Part shown: piece by piece, positions 34,667 through 48,000 of the stretch
Layout: each line of letters begins with the position of its first letter
How positions within the stretch are numbered: position 1 is the first letter of the stretch
Assembly (NCBI GenBank): GCA_002633005.1
Contig: NMRA01000584.1
Coordinates: 1-64,000, forward strand
Direction of reading: 5' to 3'
From: Phoronis australis
Lineage: Eukaryota; Animalia; Phoronida
DNA length: 64,000 nt
Notes under the pieces: generated by a model
Told to the model about the DNA's origin: nothing
Database searches by the model: none
What the model saw: only the letters and a program-made list of their open reading frames with translations
Made by a program: the position numbers and the translations under genes

Positions 34667-36529
34667 TACTTGCGTGCTTCAGTTTTTGACGTATAAAATA
34701 GCGATGCAAAAAAACAGAAATCAAAGCTTTACTTATTGCGTTTACCCTTTTATTTAATAGAAAAGTGACAAAACAACGAAAGCATCGTTAACATCGTCAT
34801 AATTCTTTGACAGGAACATCCAAAAGCTTTCGTATTACCTGCCAATTACGTGCATATACAGTTTCCTGTTCAGCGAAAAGCAACCCGATTTTTGTGATCT
34901 TTCGGGCAGGCTGAGTGTGCCAGAAAAGTGGTTGGTTTGTACCGTCGTGAAAATGTAAACGGTTTCTAATTTTGGAGGCCGTATAAGTATTTATATATTA
35001 AATAAGAATACCTCAACGCCAAGACCCTAGAAAAATGTGCAGTTTTTGCCAGCTTCGGAACATCGTATCGCTGCCGAAACGACTGATCGGATTCAAATAT
35101 ACTATGTGTTTTATACACTGTTCGCCAAAACGTGTTTAGGAATTGTTTTTAAACTATCAAATTTTTGGATGATATGCTATCAAAAATAGGATTTAGGTCT
35201 ACATCAATTAAGTTGCATAAACCTAAAACAAAACCATAATTTTTAAAACCAGAGTTTTTGAGATTTTATCTTGAACATTTATTGCATACAAAATTTCGTA
35301 ATGTTATTGATCGTGTTATTTTGCTATGAATTTATACTTTCTTTTTTGGCTAAAATTTCCCAAAAGAACAATGTAACGTGACCTAATTAGTTACACATTG
35401 TTATAAAGCCACAAATCAAATTTTACGGAATTTCTACTTTCAGACAATATATCCTTTGCTGAGTTAAACTCTATAGTTTTGTACATATTTGGCTAAACGT
35501 ACAGGCTTGTTTATAAGGTCCTACATAGACTTACAAGGGAAAGCAACCATTTTTGATGTTACCTTCAATAAAAATGCAGAACCCTTGACACATTCACTGA
35601 CTGTGCCCCCGACGAGTATGTGCTATCCATGGAACGACAGGAAGTGACGTCAACGGCCCGACAAAGGGACAGCATCGTTGTTCTGTAAGGAACTTTACTG
35701 TTTTATAGCTCAGGTAAAAGCTAATTACATCAAAAAGTCTATCGCATCCAACAATAACTCAGGATGCGTTTTTCGGGCGTAAAGTGATGACGTCAGTTTA
35801 ATCCGAATCGGTATGTTTTCAGTATTTTAATACAATTAAGTAAAAAAGCGAGAAAACTAATTAATATCCCCGTTTATCCTATACAGTTATCAAGTGCACG
35901 GAAATAATGCCAAGGCAATTTAAATTACGTTTCCGAATTTGTCCTAATTTACAGACATGAACTTCTTTACACAAACTTGAAAATTGTTTTTCTTCGTGTA
36001 ATTAGCAACAAAAGCTTTTGTTGCCTATAGAATGAATAAAAAGAGTCTGAAAGTTGTATGCGAAAAATCTTTCCAAAATTCGCCCAAGGTTCGGAGATGT
36101 CCGTGAAAAATGAAGAGAAACGGTCAACAGGTGAACTTTTCTTTTACGCACATAATTTAGTAGTTTTTTCGGCTTTAAACTTATATTTATAAAGCTATTT
36201 CAGAAATTTTATCTTTGGTGACGAAGATTTTGTCGATTACCTAACAGTATTTTTCCTGTGAACAAAATTCTGTTCCTCTGATATTGTTTCTTTTCCTATG
36301 AACCCCATATATCCTCAGTTTTACACAGATCATGTTGATAAACACCCATATCAATCGCGTACGTGTTAGAAAGCCTCATATCAGAGAATATGCGATTGAC
36401 GACTCGGAGGAAGGAAATGGATTCATTACAACAGAATGGTTGCATATGTGCAACCACCGACCATGCACCCGTGTATTCTTCGGAGTGGAAAATGCATGGG
36501 ACACAATGCTCTTCACCCACGGATATTTC

Positions 36530-36780
36530 AAGAGGTTTGCCTTTTCCGTGTAAAGTCATTAGTACATTTCACCGCAGACCAGCAAAAACCTGCCACCATT
36601 ATGATACCAGGAAAAGCGTTAAAACGCTGTTTATACCAATAGGTTGAAACCTCCCGTCCGCATTAAATGGCATCTGTAGGTGGCACTAAACGCTTGTCCA
36701 TCAAATAGCTGATCGCCATCTGGCGGGATATTGAATTTCAATATGGCGCTGCTATTTTGAAAATCAGCTATTCGCTTCCT
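36530..36780. repeat. Dispersed repeat; second copy at about 44714-44942
   Basis: Shared gtttgccttttccgt...gaaacctc.cgtccgcatta...ctgtaggtggc...tctggcggga...gaatttcaatatggcgc.gctattttgaaa..cagctatt. Confidence 0.75.
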
Positions 36781-37685
36781 AGATGTGTATAGGGTGTTGC
36801 TTGCCTGTCCTTAGTAGTTCGCAGTGTTTCGGTTCGTAACTTTATCAGACTGAGATTGTGATATGCTTTACATACTGTAAAAGTGTTATGTCTCAATATC
36901 ACGCGCCGAATGAAAGAAATTGCTGTTTGATCCTAGTCAACTTGGCTCCGTCTTGCCCATCATAATTAAAAATTGGGTGATGTCGAAGGTGGTCATGAGT
37001 CACGACGTGGCCTTCTAGTTGAAAACGTCACTGGGTACACTTTCATTTATCCACATCTTAGCATTTCTTTCGAGAGGCACTTAATAACGAACTGTTAGTA
37101 AGTTTATTTAAGTTCTTGTGCCTGAAACTCATGTACACAGTGACATATCTGTAGCAAATACAAGTGTGTAATTAACAGTAAAAGGATATGCGACATAATG
37201 GGGATTAAATCAACTAAGCATATAGTAAAAACCTCGTGAATGAAGCGAGCTAATTTCCAAAAATTGCAGGAGTTCATCAAAGAAATGAATTTGTCGCCAT
37301 CTAAGTTTCTAGTATTACGACAAATACCTCGCTTTCTCCTAAGACCTTCATACGCTGGATAAAATTAAAACGTGTCTTTCCTCCTCAATAGCGCCATAAC
37401 ATACAAAGCAGAAAGGGTCATCTGTGGCTTTATCCAAGTGTCTGCCAAATAGTACCAAGATATTTGTAGGGCCTAACTAGATTCAACGCCAATTCGTTCT
37501 TTAGCAATGGGCCATTTTTTTCATAATTACGTAAATCACACCTCCTTTTCTTAACTCTACAATTGTAGTTTTTGACATTTTACAGTTTCCATTTTTTACA
37601 ATTATATGGTTCTGACTTCGGTGTCGTCGCGTCACTGTTTGCTTGGAAGTTGGGGTCACGAAACATACGTTGATGTTTGCCCAGT

Positions 37686-39958
37686 TCAGTCAAGTTTGAG
37701 TTGATTGGCCAGTTGGTTTACAGCTTCAACGAACATCTTACAGAGAGAGGCTGGGTCAGATAAAACGGCTGTATCCCCTTCTACTCCGACCGTTACTGCG
37801 TCCCCGTAGCTCAATATGGAAATGCCAATGCCTGAAACAAACATGAACGTTTGAACACATATTTGCCTTTTGAAGGCTACAAGGACAATAACTCTGTGTA
37901 ATTTGACTGAGATCTAAAATTACGTTTTTGTATGTTTCCAAGCATTGGTACTTAGCTGCATACAGGATTTTTTTTAAAGTAATGCATAAACACATAGTTT
38001 TCGTTCTCATTTTTTGTATTTTTTCCACATTTTTAACGCCCACTGTGGTTATACTTGTCTGTCTTTTAACGACCCTCCCACTTCCTGTCTCTTGCTCCCC
38101 CACATGCCCCATAGCCGCTGTCCCTACCCATTCACCCGCGCGACTCATATCCCTGTTTGCAATGTCCATCATCCTAATACTTCCTCCACATTTCTCTGCC
38201 TCTCGCCCTTCTTTCGTCTACCTCTCTAAAAACACGCGGTGATCTGCATTCACTATTTCTAACGCTCCCTCCAGCTTCCCAAGCCTCAAGATGGCGCTGA
38301 TGGGTTTAGCCATTTTTACGGAGTATCACGAGTAATACATCAACTTTAAATTTTCTGCAGTATAATATGAAAATGAAAACTAACCGTTTATTGCAGGAAT
38401 TTGGATCTAAATTATTGCAACGCCCGGCCTATGAAAATAATTAAAATCTGCTTTTGTTTTAATGACGTCAAGGCAGCGGCCAATCATTGCCACTGGCAAA
38501 AAGGTGTTTGCCATGACCAAGCTTCAATTAGCTAAGCCGGTCAGCGCCATCTTGAGGCTTGAGGGACGAGGCTGACGCCCCCTCCCACTCCCTGTCCCCC
38601 AAGACACCTTTCGGACTCCTAGATGACTTACCAACATTAGCCCTCTGTGGAGGCCAGAAGACCATGCGATTAATTTTGACACCGAGGAATGTATGCTTGT
38701 CTCTTGGTCCAGGAACATTCGACAATACCATTGTATATTTTCGGGCAATCATGTCAAACAACCAACGAGTCATGAAACCAGGAAAACGATTCATGGCGTA
38801 ATCCATGGTAACTTCCGTCACGAGCGGTTCTGCCGATTGTTTTATTCTTGCCATTCTTCGCCCAGTGATGTCAAGTCGTTCACATGGATCACTGATGTTT
38901 GTTGGAATGTTAAGATAAACACATCCAAACTGATTCCCAGTTTTCACGGGGTCTGATTGTGGTCGGAGATCAACGGGGATGAAAGCTAACATGTTTTCCG
39001 GAGGGCCTCGACCCATACCATACGTCGCACAGTATTTCTTAAGCGCACCACCCAGACAAGAAACAAGAACATCGTTCACTGTAGTACCTGTGACATTCTT
39101 TATCCGCTTGATCAAGTTCAGATCAACACTTTGTGACCAATCTGCTACTTTTTTACCAGACAATGACTGACCGTGAAGCACGTGATCATCTGCTGGCCAC
39201 ATTAGTCTTTCTAACAGTAAACCGGGCCCCGTTAGTAGCGACCACGCCACCCGTTTCCAGCGGTCTCGCGAACCAAATGTTTTCTTTGAATTTGTATGCG
39301 TGTCATTGTCAACAAAACTTTTTTCAAACATTTTCAGCAAGGTCATCCCGTCGGCGATGGAGTGGTGACATCGAAACAAAATAGCCGACCTTTCGATGCC
39401 GTCGAACGGTATGAGAATGTATTGCCACGAAGGTTTGTTGGGAGGCATGGCGGATGACATTATATTTGACACGACAGTTTTCAATTCGTCATCATTTGCA
39501 GGTAATGCACCAGAGTATTGGAATGCATGATTAGTAATGTCAAATTTTTTATCTGGACTCCACACGCACCGATAAAATTTTTCGTTGGCATATTTAGTCA
39601 GCACGTCATATAACTTGGTGCCGTCATCTTTTAGTTTCATGGCGATGTTGTTGTAAATTAAATTCTGCATTTTTACTATGTTTACTTGTCCATCTAGAAA
39701 CAACAACGTATGAATAACTAAGTGGTTTTCTTCACTATCTTGTAGCCAGATGGCGTCCAAACCATCCATCACGTCATCATCTCCATTACTATAGTAGGCA
39801 ATCATGGCCCTCAGCGCGAACGTGTAAATGCGGAAGCACAGCATGATGGGTAAAATGATTGGAAGTAGAAGCACAACTGCAGCTAAGGCCGCAGTGTAAA
39901 ACGTCCCCCGAAAGATTGTTCGAAAAAAATCTTCGAACTTGGCCATCTCTCTCCTCAT
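37686..39958 (-). CDS. WS/DGAT-family (wax ester synthase/diacylglycerol O-acyltransferase) protein, ~490 aa, two coding exons
   Basis: Catalytic HHxxxDG motif (HHSIADG), plus TTVNDVL, IPVDLR, GNQFG and LSNVPGP. Exon 38632-39958 ends at a G|GTAAGT donor. Terminal exon 37686-37831 supplies the conserved GIGISILSYGD..V.V end and a TGA stop. There is an N-terminal hydrophobic segment. Confidence 0.9.
38272..38574. mobile_element. MITE with ~45-bp TIRs (CAGCCTCGTCCC..GCCTCAAGATGGCGCTGA) in the WS/DGAT intron
   Basis: The ends are inverted copies of each other. A longer copy with shared interior lies at 53660-54142. Confidence 0.75.
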
Positions 39959-40235
39959 TTTCGCTGTTCGTCTGCAAATGAAGAAAATAGCTGCATAACA
40001 CCGACTTAAAGGACAGGAAGCAACTTTTTCATGACATTTTTAGTAAAAATACGCTTCGATTATGCTAGACATATTTTTAGTCATCCCCTATTCCGGAAGT
40101 GATGCTTAGAGGGTTTAGAATTTCCCGCCGTTTTGTTTCCATATAGTCTGACTGTGAGCTGTCGAGTCGGTCATTGTTTTACCTCGGTTGTGATAAGTCT
40201 GGTCATCATTTGCATTTGTTTACGAACGAGACAAC

Positions 40236-40526
40236 ATGACGCACGGTTGCTGCGTACCGAGATGTACTCAGCATCGTCTCACTTGCACTTTGGGTAAGCC
40301 ATTACATCGCTTTCCGACGGATGACACACTTCGCCGTTCTTGGCTCGTTCGTTTGAAGAACGCAGCGTCACCCGTCCACGCAACGTACAAAGCAGTGGAG
40401 AATTATTGAGTGTGTGGCAAGCATGTTCTGCCGTCCCATTACGGAAGAGATATGTACGTAGAATTGATGATGGTTCCTGCAAAACAACACCTGAACAGGC
40501 TGCTGATTCCCGGCAGTGCCCCATCG
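40236..40526 (+). pseudogene. Decayed THAP zinc-finger domain (transposase N-terminus)
   Basis: Reads MTHGCCVPRC...LHRFPTDDTLRRSWL...Y*VCGKHV...LLIPGSAPS. This gives the C2CH THAP signature (CxxxxC, FP, W, CxxH, AVP-like box) with one in-frame TGA. Confidence 0.8.
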
Positions 40527-41756
40527 CCAACTGAGAGAAGTGCATTTTTAAAGCGAAAAGCCTCGAGGCCCTTCAGTTACTCATGTGTCACCGTAGCCAG
40601 CCAGCTAGCTGTATGAAGACTATCGTCAAAATACAGCTAGGTACCACTGTGTGTTGAGCTCTGTTAGACCCCGAAATTTCACACAGCTCGGGTAGTACTG
40701 CTCGCCATCTCGTCGTGAAACCTATATTGAAACTTATAGCAATGTAGAGTTAACGACTGTCGGGGATGCATTCAAAATCTGGGAGTTAACCGACACTCAC
40801 CTTGCCCGTTGCAGCCGTTTAAGTGAAAATCAATCTATTAAACGTCATTTTCTTGCATAATTCTCCGCTCTTTGTTACTAAGAAAAGACTGTCGTCATTT
40901 CCTAAAATTTTTCGACATTTCTCGGAAGAGCAGCAAAATTTGTTCTGAAATTCGGTTTGCTGGTGTTAAAATACTAAAAAACTTGCGACGAAATGATAGC
41001 AGTTCCGATAATTTTTGTGGCATCAACACGCAACCTCGTGGAAGAGATGAACTGTTGATTGAAGAATCGGGGGAAAATGGCCCATAGGTGATGGCGCCGA
41101 AAGCCGACACAAAAGAGAGCTCCACAATTTTAGCAGGGGAATGAACGGTAGAACTGACGCCAATTTTACCAACACCGGTAAATAATTTAGTCAGATTTTA
41201 TTTAATCATTTTTTTACCTACATCGAAGCAAAGCTGTATATTTAGTATACATTTCGTCGTCCACTGAACAGGCCGGTGAGCCAAACTTTGATAAGTTTTT
41301 TGTGGACTTAACTAAAGTATTGAAGCAATTCGGAAGGTGCCAGGTGTGTGGTAAGGGAGTCTCCCGGCGGGATGAAAGCTGTTTGGGTCAGGTCACCATT
41401 CAGTGGGAGTGCGTCGCGGGACACTCAAGTAAGTGGAATAGTTGTTCCGTCCGTAGGATGCCCGATCTCTAGGCCTACTTTGGCGTGCTCTTCACTAGAA
41501 ACACCTTTCAGTGGGTGAAGACATTGACGGACTTCGGTAAAGTCAAATTTTTCTCCAAGGCGACAGTAAATCCTCACAGTAAACTCGAACGCAAAAACAA
41601 AATGGAGGGAAATTCTAAACCCCCTAAACGTCACTTCCGGAATAAGGCATCACTAATTAATTAAACTACGGGAAGCCGTGATTAACTGAAAAATATGTCT
41701 GGGATAATTAACGAACCGTATTTTTTCACTAAAATGACATGAAGAAGGCTTCTCCT

Positions 41757-42531
41757 TAGCCTTGGTACAAAGCTATATGTAAATATACAGCTTTGTACTG
41801 ATGTGGGTAAAAAAGTGGCAAGATAAAATCTGACACAAAATTGGTGTCATTAAAAACTACAGTCTTCCTTGAGTAAACTAAATTATTTAACGGTGTTGGC
41901 AAAAATGGCGTTCTACCGTTATTCTGCTGCTAAAGTTGTGGAGCGATCTTTAGCGACGGCTTTCGGCGCCGTGAAATATTGCATCACCTATTGGCCAGTT
42001 TCTTTTTTCGTCGATTCTTCAATCAACTGTTGTTCTTTCACGAGCTTGCGTACACGTCACAACAAATTATCAGAACTAGTTTCACTTCATTATAAGTTTT
42101 TAGAATTTTGATACCGAAAAATCGAATTTCAGAAGAAATTTTGTTGCTGCCAAGCTATCATCCTCACCGGAGAGATGTCGCAAAAATTTAGGAAATGGCG
42201 CGTGCGCGTGACACGAGCGTACTGTTCAGTTTCAAAACGACGAAATACTTTTCATTGTTAGAATAGGCGGAGAGTTACACAAGAAAATGACGTTTATTGC
42301 ATTGTTTTTCACTTAAACGGCTGTAACGGGAAAGGTGAGTGTCGGTTGACTCCCAGATTTTGCATGCACACCGTCCAGTTTTTAGCTTTACATGTTGATA
42401 CAAGTTTCACAGCGCGGTGACGAGCAGAACTACACAAGCTGTGTGCAATTTCGAGGTCTACGGAAGAAATACACACAGTGGGACCTAGCTGTATTTTGAC
42501 GACAGTCTTCATACATCTAGCTGGCTGGCTA
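41757..42531. mobile_element. Non-autonomous element family with TAGCC...GGCTA ends and 9-bp target duplications (Mutator-like); other copies at 40594 to ~41250 (inverted), 44612-44679 and 50839-50949
   Basis: Shared ends tagccttggtacaaagct and gtcttcatacagctagctggctggcta. Perfect TSD ctttctaag flanks 50839-50949. An 8/9 match (gatgtcctt/aatgtcctt) flanks 44612-44679. Confidence 0.75.
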
Positions 42532-43348
42532 CTTTCTCTTTAAAAATTCGCGTTTTAAATCACGAAACCACAAAATAGTTTGTGCATCTCAGTGAGTTCA
42601 TTTACTTAATTGTTCCTGTGCTGCCCTTTCACATAATAGCTTGTGAGGAAACAACTGTGGTGCATCGCATGATGCTCACTCGGAAATTTTCAAACATACT
42701 GTTCCTTGCTTACGAAAAAAGATCATAATACGCCAGGTCGCGCGTAGTCTCGCGAGATGATACGAGTCTAGAACATGCCACATGCTATTCGCAATGAACG
42801 ACACTCACTGAAAAACACAACTTACCTCAACCTATTAACAGAAGCTTGTAACTGTTTCAGCGGCGTTCGAAATTAAAAAGAGTTAGACATGCAGCTCGCG
42901 ACAAACACGTACGCCATGTCAGCTCGCCAATCAGCAACCTTTGAAATGGTGCACGGGCCACTGACTCATTATGTAACTTCGCAGTTTACGCTATCTGGTA
43001 GTCATTCATGAGCCCCAACTTCAATGTTTTCGCTGCCACTCCCATGCTGAAAATGTGACAGGTGTTCTTAGACGTGTGTCCGTGCACGAATATGTTTCGG
43101 CTGCCGAAGGAACACTTTTGTCTGTTTGCAGAGTCAAACCCACGTACCGAACCAAAGATCAATCACGCCGTATCAGTCAGGAACCACGCCGTACTTGCCT
43201 GCTGACAGATTGCCGGCATCGTGATGTCACCAGACGGTTGTTTGCTCCTTGTTTGACACAACGACCTCGAAGCTGATAGGACTGTGACCGAATAACATTA
43301 TCTCATAAACACAACGAAGGAAAAATAGGTTAACGAAAACATACCTGT

Positions 43349-43741
43349 GCCCGGTCTCTAAACTTTGCACTCGAAACGAACTCGAAACTATTTTTGGCAA
43401 TTTCTCTGCTCCTTTTGTGCGAACTTAAGATAATTGGTTATCAGACTGTGCTCGAATACATTATAGTTTATGCATAGGAGTTTCTAGTTCAAGTTTGCCC
43501 TTGAAGACCATTATATTCGTGCTACAAACTCGAGTAAAAACTCGAAATTTCGAGTTCAAACTCGAAGTTATTGCTTTAATATTGGGTTTACAAACTGAAC
43601 TAAGGGCAATAAATTATCTACGTAAGTTATTGTGTACTCGAGCATAGAATAATAGACACTTGAGTTCACCCAAAAGTAGAGTAGAAAATGCCAAACCCTA
43701 ATTTCGAGTTATATTTCGAGTAAAAAGATTGGAGACCGGGC
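43349..43741. mobile_element. Palindromic MITE
   Basis: Left end gcccggtctctaaactttgcactcgaaa, right end tttcgagtaaaaagattggagaccgggc, with internal inverted segments. Confidence 0.7.
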
Positions 43742-45059
43742 CCAGGAGAGCGTTTTCTTCAAGTTCACATACTTAAAAATCTGAACACTTTCCCCAATTT
43801 TTGTATATGTTATGTATATTTTCTAAACGCTATGCAGCGATGAATCCATCCCGTTGTAGGGACGTGATAATTACGACAACACCTATCGGAAGTATCATGA
43901 ACCATTATTGAAATACCACACGGTATGTGGACACTTCCGGTCAGAGAAAAGAATCTGAAACTCACTAACGTTGTTTGCTTTAAAACAAAGCAATTGACTA
44001 TTTAACCGTCATGTCGTCCAGAACTTGCCTAAGACAATCTCTCATTTTAAGCCCAGATATAATGCTTTCTAGTGCTTCTTGGGCTTAACTCCAATTATGG
44101 TACGTTATAATTTTCGTACTAAATATTTTTTTCAACAAAAATATCTCTGATCTACCGACGGATTTTTACAAAAATTATGAGTTCGTGTACGGTACTAACT
44201 GTGACAACAACTGCATTTTATATTCTGTTAGAAGTTAGGAAGGGTATTTGTAGACACCTTGTATTTTTGTATTATTAAAATTTCCCTTAGGACAATAGAT
44301 TATCGTTGGGCAAAAGAGAACTTTTCATTTTGGCCCTCTCTAGAGTAATGAGAGCGAAAAAGTGGCTTCCACTTAATCTCAGTTCAGATTTGGTGGACAG
44401 AAATTCACTGTAACAGATAGTGGTTAAAAGTAGACGTGAGAAATAACTCCATTGTCAACCCCTTCCATTGCTTGATAAGTTTAAATTCACTAGTTAATTT
44501 AGATTTTTGACATCAACATGGATCGGACTTCTACCGCTTTATCAATCGCAGCCACCGACTATGGCGCGGATTCTTCATCGCAGTGGGAAATGTATGAAGC
44601 ATGATGTCCTTTAGTCTTGGTACAAAGCTGTGTACTAAATATTCAGACGATAGTCTTCATACAGCTGGCTGGCTGGCTAAATGTCCTTGACCTAGGTATC
44701 GGATATTTCAATAGTTTGCCTTTTCCGTAAGCCAATAGTATACCCCAAGCCCACAGTAGTGAAAAATTTCAGGCATTATGATAGCAGGAAAGGTGTTGAA
44801 ACGCTGTTTGTGCCACTATTTTGAAACCTCACGTCCGCATTATATGGGAGCTGTAGGTGGCGATGAAACAGGAAGACGTGATCACCGTCTGGCGGGACAG
44901 CGAATTTCAATATGGCGCGGCTATTTTGAAAGCCAGCTATTCCTTTAAAACATTGCAGAAGTATATTTCATTTGTATGGCTGCAGGTTTTGTAGATGTTT
45001 AGAGTGTTTTCAGAAAGCTGCCTTTCCAATCGTGACGACTCGTGTCATCACACTGAGAC

Positions 45060-48000
45060 TGCAGTACATATAGACCGGGATCTCAGAGGTATTTTGGGAA
45101 TGAAAAGGTAACCAATTTTCTTTAATACCACGGTGATCCATGGGTATCCCAATGCTAGAAAATGGCCATCTGGCAGGTTCGCTCTGGTGGGTGTGTTCAC
45201 GGGAGCCATGAGAATTGCACTCGAAAAATTGAGCTAGATCAACGTTTCTGGTGACCACTTAAAAATACCTGCGACACTACCACTCAATTCACTATATCAA
45301 AATTATCCACTGCCAGATATCAGCCCGGTAGACGGTTTTAACTGAGGACAAAATTTGAGCGAAATCAACCGGCCAAGAGATAACAACCTGAAACTGATTA
45401 TAAATTATTCAACATAGACCAATGTATCATGCATGAACACTGCCTGACAAATTCAGAGGTGGATTACCTTCGCCAGACGTGCTCAAATCTCCGAGTTGAG
45501 CTAGCCCAGCCCACCAGGTAACCGGATGAAACCAACTGTATAACAACCAGCATCGCTCCACGTGGCGCAGCAGCGTATGCCAGATAATTTCGGTTGTGGG
45601 GTGCTTCTGCCAGATGAAAATAATGAGTCCCAAAATTGAGCTAGATCAACCCAAGAGGTAATCGCATAAAATTGGTTGCAAAATATTCAACATAACCCCA
45701 TGAAAGAACACTGCCAGACAAATTCAGTGGTGGGTTAACCCCTCCAGACACGCCCAAACCACACAAAATATAATGGGGTCCCACATGCAACTGAGCTCTA
45801 GCAACCGACGAGGTAACCACATGGAACCAGTTGCAAAAAAGTTCAACATAAATCCATGCGTAATGAACGAAATTCGTCAGACAAATCCTGCGGTGCATTA
45901 CCCCGCCATATGCACCCAAATCTCCGAGTTGAGTTGGACCAACCCACCAAAACCGATTGAAACTAAGTGAAACATGTTCAGGACCATTTCACATGGCAAA
46001 TTGTTATATGCCAGACAATTTCTGAGGCAGACAAAATAAAAGAGCGAAAGCATTGGAGAAAGTACATTTACGACAAATTGCTGGATACATTTAATAGTGA
46101 TTCGAGTAATCTTATGGAATAGATTAATTGCATTTCAAATTTCCTTGGAGGAATGTCTTTGCCAGGCAAATTCATTTTGTTGTTGATAAACTACCTAACC
46201 TGATCCTACTTCCGCTTATTCCCATCAATTGCAAGATAGTGCCAACGTCACTTGTACCACCTTGGTAGCACTATTAATATTTTCCGTGCAATCTAAACAT
46301 GCCCGCGTAAAATACCACAGTCGTGTTTAACTTGCAGGTATGAAAGTATCAACTACAAGCGCGTAATTAACAAAGTGGTTGACATAATACAGACTAATAT
46401 TAAGTTAACTATGCACTATAAAAAGTTGGTGAATGAAACGAGCTAAGTTCTAAACGTTGCAAGACTTCATCAAATAAACGAAGGGATCACCATCGAAATT
46501 ATTAATATTACGACAAATACTTAACTTTCTCCTAAGATCTTCACATACTGCACACTCTAATTAAACGGGTTTTCATCATCTACAGTGTCAGACCAAACAG
46601 AGCAGAAACGCTGATCTCTAGTTACAACCAAGTGTCTGCTTGTTTCGATTTTTAATTTATGATTTGAAAGTCTAAAACGTGCAAGGGCTGTGATTAAATA
46701 GTTTTTGTCTAGACATCTTGTATATTCTTATAGAATAAGTCTATTTTTAAACAGTTGATAAGAATCAAATTTACAAAGAGATATACGTATAGCAAACCTT
46801 CACGGGTCATGGGGCCTGTTACTAACGATTTAGATGTGTGAGCGCCAGAGCCTTTTAACTCCTCCTAGCCATTCCCCAGTCATGGTGGTATTCATTTTAA
46901 ACAACCAGTTTCATTGCTTTGCTCAGTGACACAATCGTCAATTGGTGAAATATTTGCTTGTTTCTAGCAGATTTCACTGAACGACAATTTAAGGAAAAGT
47001 AAGATCCGCAGTTGTGTTGCAAGATATGAGAATAAAATCTTGTCCATAAGTTTGACGAATAGGACTTCATCGTCATCCTTAAGTTATTCGGTGAGGGTAC
47101 GGAAATTCAGAAACTACACCAACATCAACACTGCCATGCGCATCAATCCAAGAACAGAAAACAAAAATGACGAAATTCTGCTCTTTCACGACACTTTTTT
47201 GTCTTTACTGACCAAGTTGGGGAATGAGTTTTTTATTGTCAAACACCATTTGCACGGCAAACGGAAGTACTGAAATTACCACCTATTTAACACGTTACGA
47301 TGTGTAGTCACACCCAATGAAGGCGTGGTGTCCCGGTACGGCTCAGACGAACCCGTTTTTGCTTTTTAAGAACAGAAAGCCTTCATTAGCTGGGACATGT
47401 TCTGTCTACAGCGATTCAAGTTCTTTCAACGGAATAGATCTTTTCCGTTTTATCATGTGTTCTCTCTGTGTCGATCTGGTGAGAGAAGTTTCCAAAGGTC
47501 AAAATCTATTAATCCCTCTGCGACAGTTATGATTATGCGTTCGAACAAATATCGTACGATCTGTGCGTTTGTTTTGGTTCTTTGTAAGAGCGATGTCTTA
47601 GCCTTTTTCTTCGTACTGCGGATATTTTTGAACAACGTTCACTAGTCGCAAAAATCTCACGGCCCAGTCGTTGCTTCTAATGCTCAGTTGCAATAATAAC
47701 CAGAACAGACGGGGCATCGTCCTCCAGAGTTTATCAGAATCATCGATTTCCACCCTCAGTGATGCCATTTGTTCGTTGTTTTTTAATGCTCGACTGTTTT
47801 GCCTTCTCTCACACTTCAAGTCCTGCATATTTTCTAAACCTAGTGAGAGCCAATGGTTGGACCATCGCCGCGTTCTTGGTAGTAGGTTGCATTGACAGCG
47901 CTTCGTTTTCGAACACTTCATACAGTTTAGGGTCTGTGAATAAAAACTTCTGGGGAAACAGTTTGCTCTGTCAGAGGCATAGTTTGGGAGGGCCAGGACA

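Larger units (their letters stand above)
40006..42543 (+). mobile_element. Kolobok-like DNA transposon remnant (~140-bp TIRs, TTAA at the left end) with nested MITEs
   Basis: The left end TTAA|AGGACAGGAAGCAACTTTTTCATGACATTTTTAG...TTCCGGAAGTGA...AGAATTTCCC is inverted at about 41605-41756. The terminal bases appear displaced to about 42540 by a nested insertion. A THAP remnant follows the left TIR. Confidence 0.65.

Noticed and set aside
38528-38631. C-terminal tail (KSSRSPKGVLGDREW...) of the 476-aa ORF
   Set aside because: It is read-through past the GTAAGT donor into intron and MITE sequence. The family-conserved C-terminus is in exon 37686-37831, and unlike the ADRM1 case the extension is only about 33 codons, as expected by chance.
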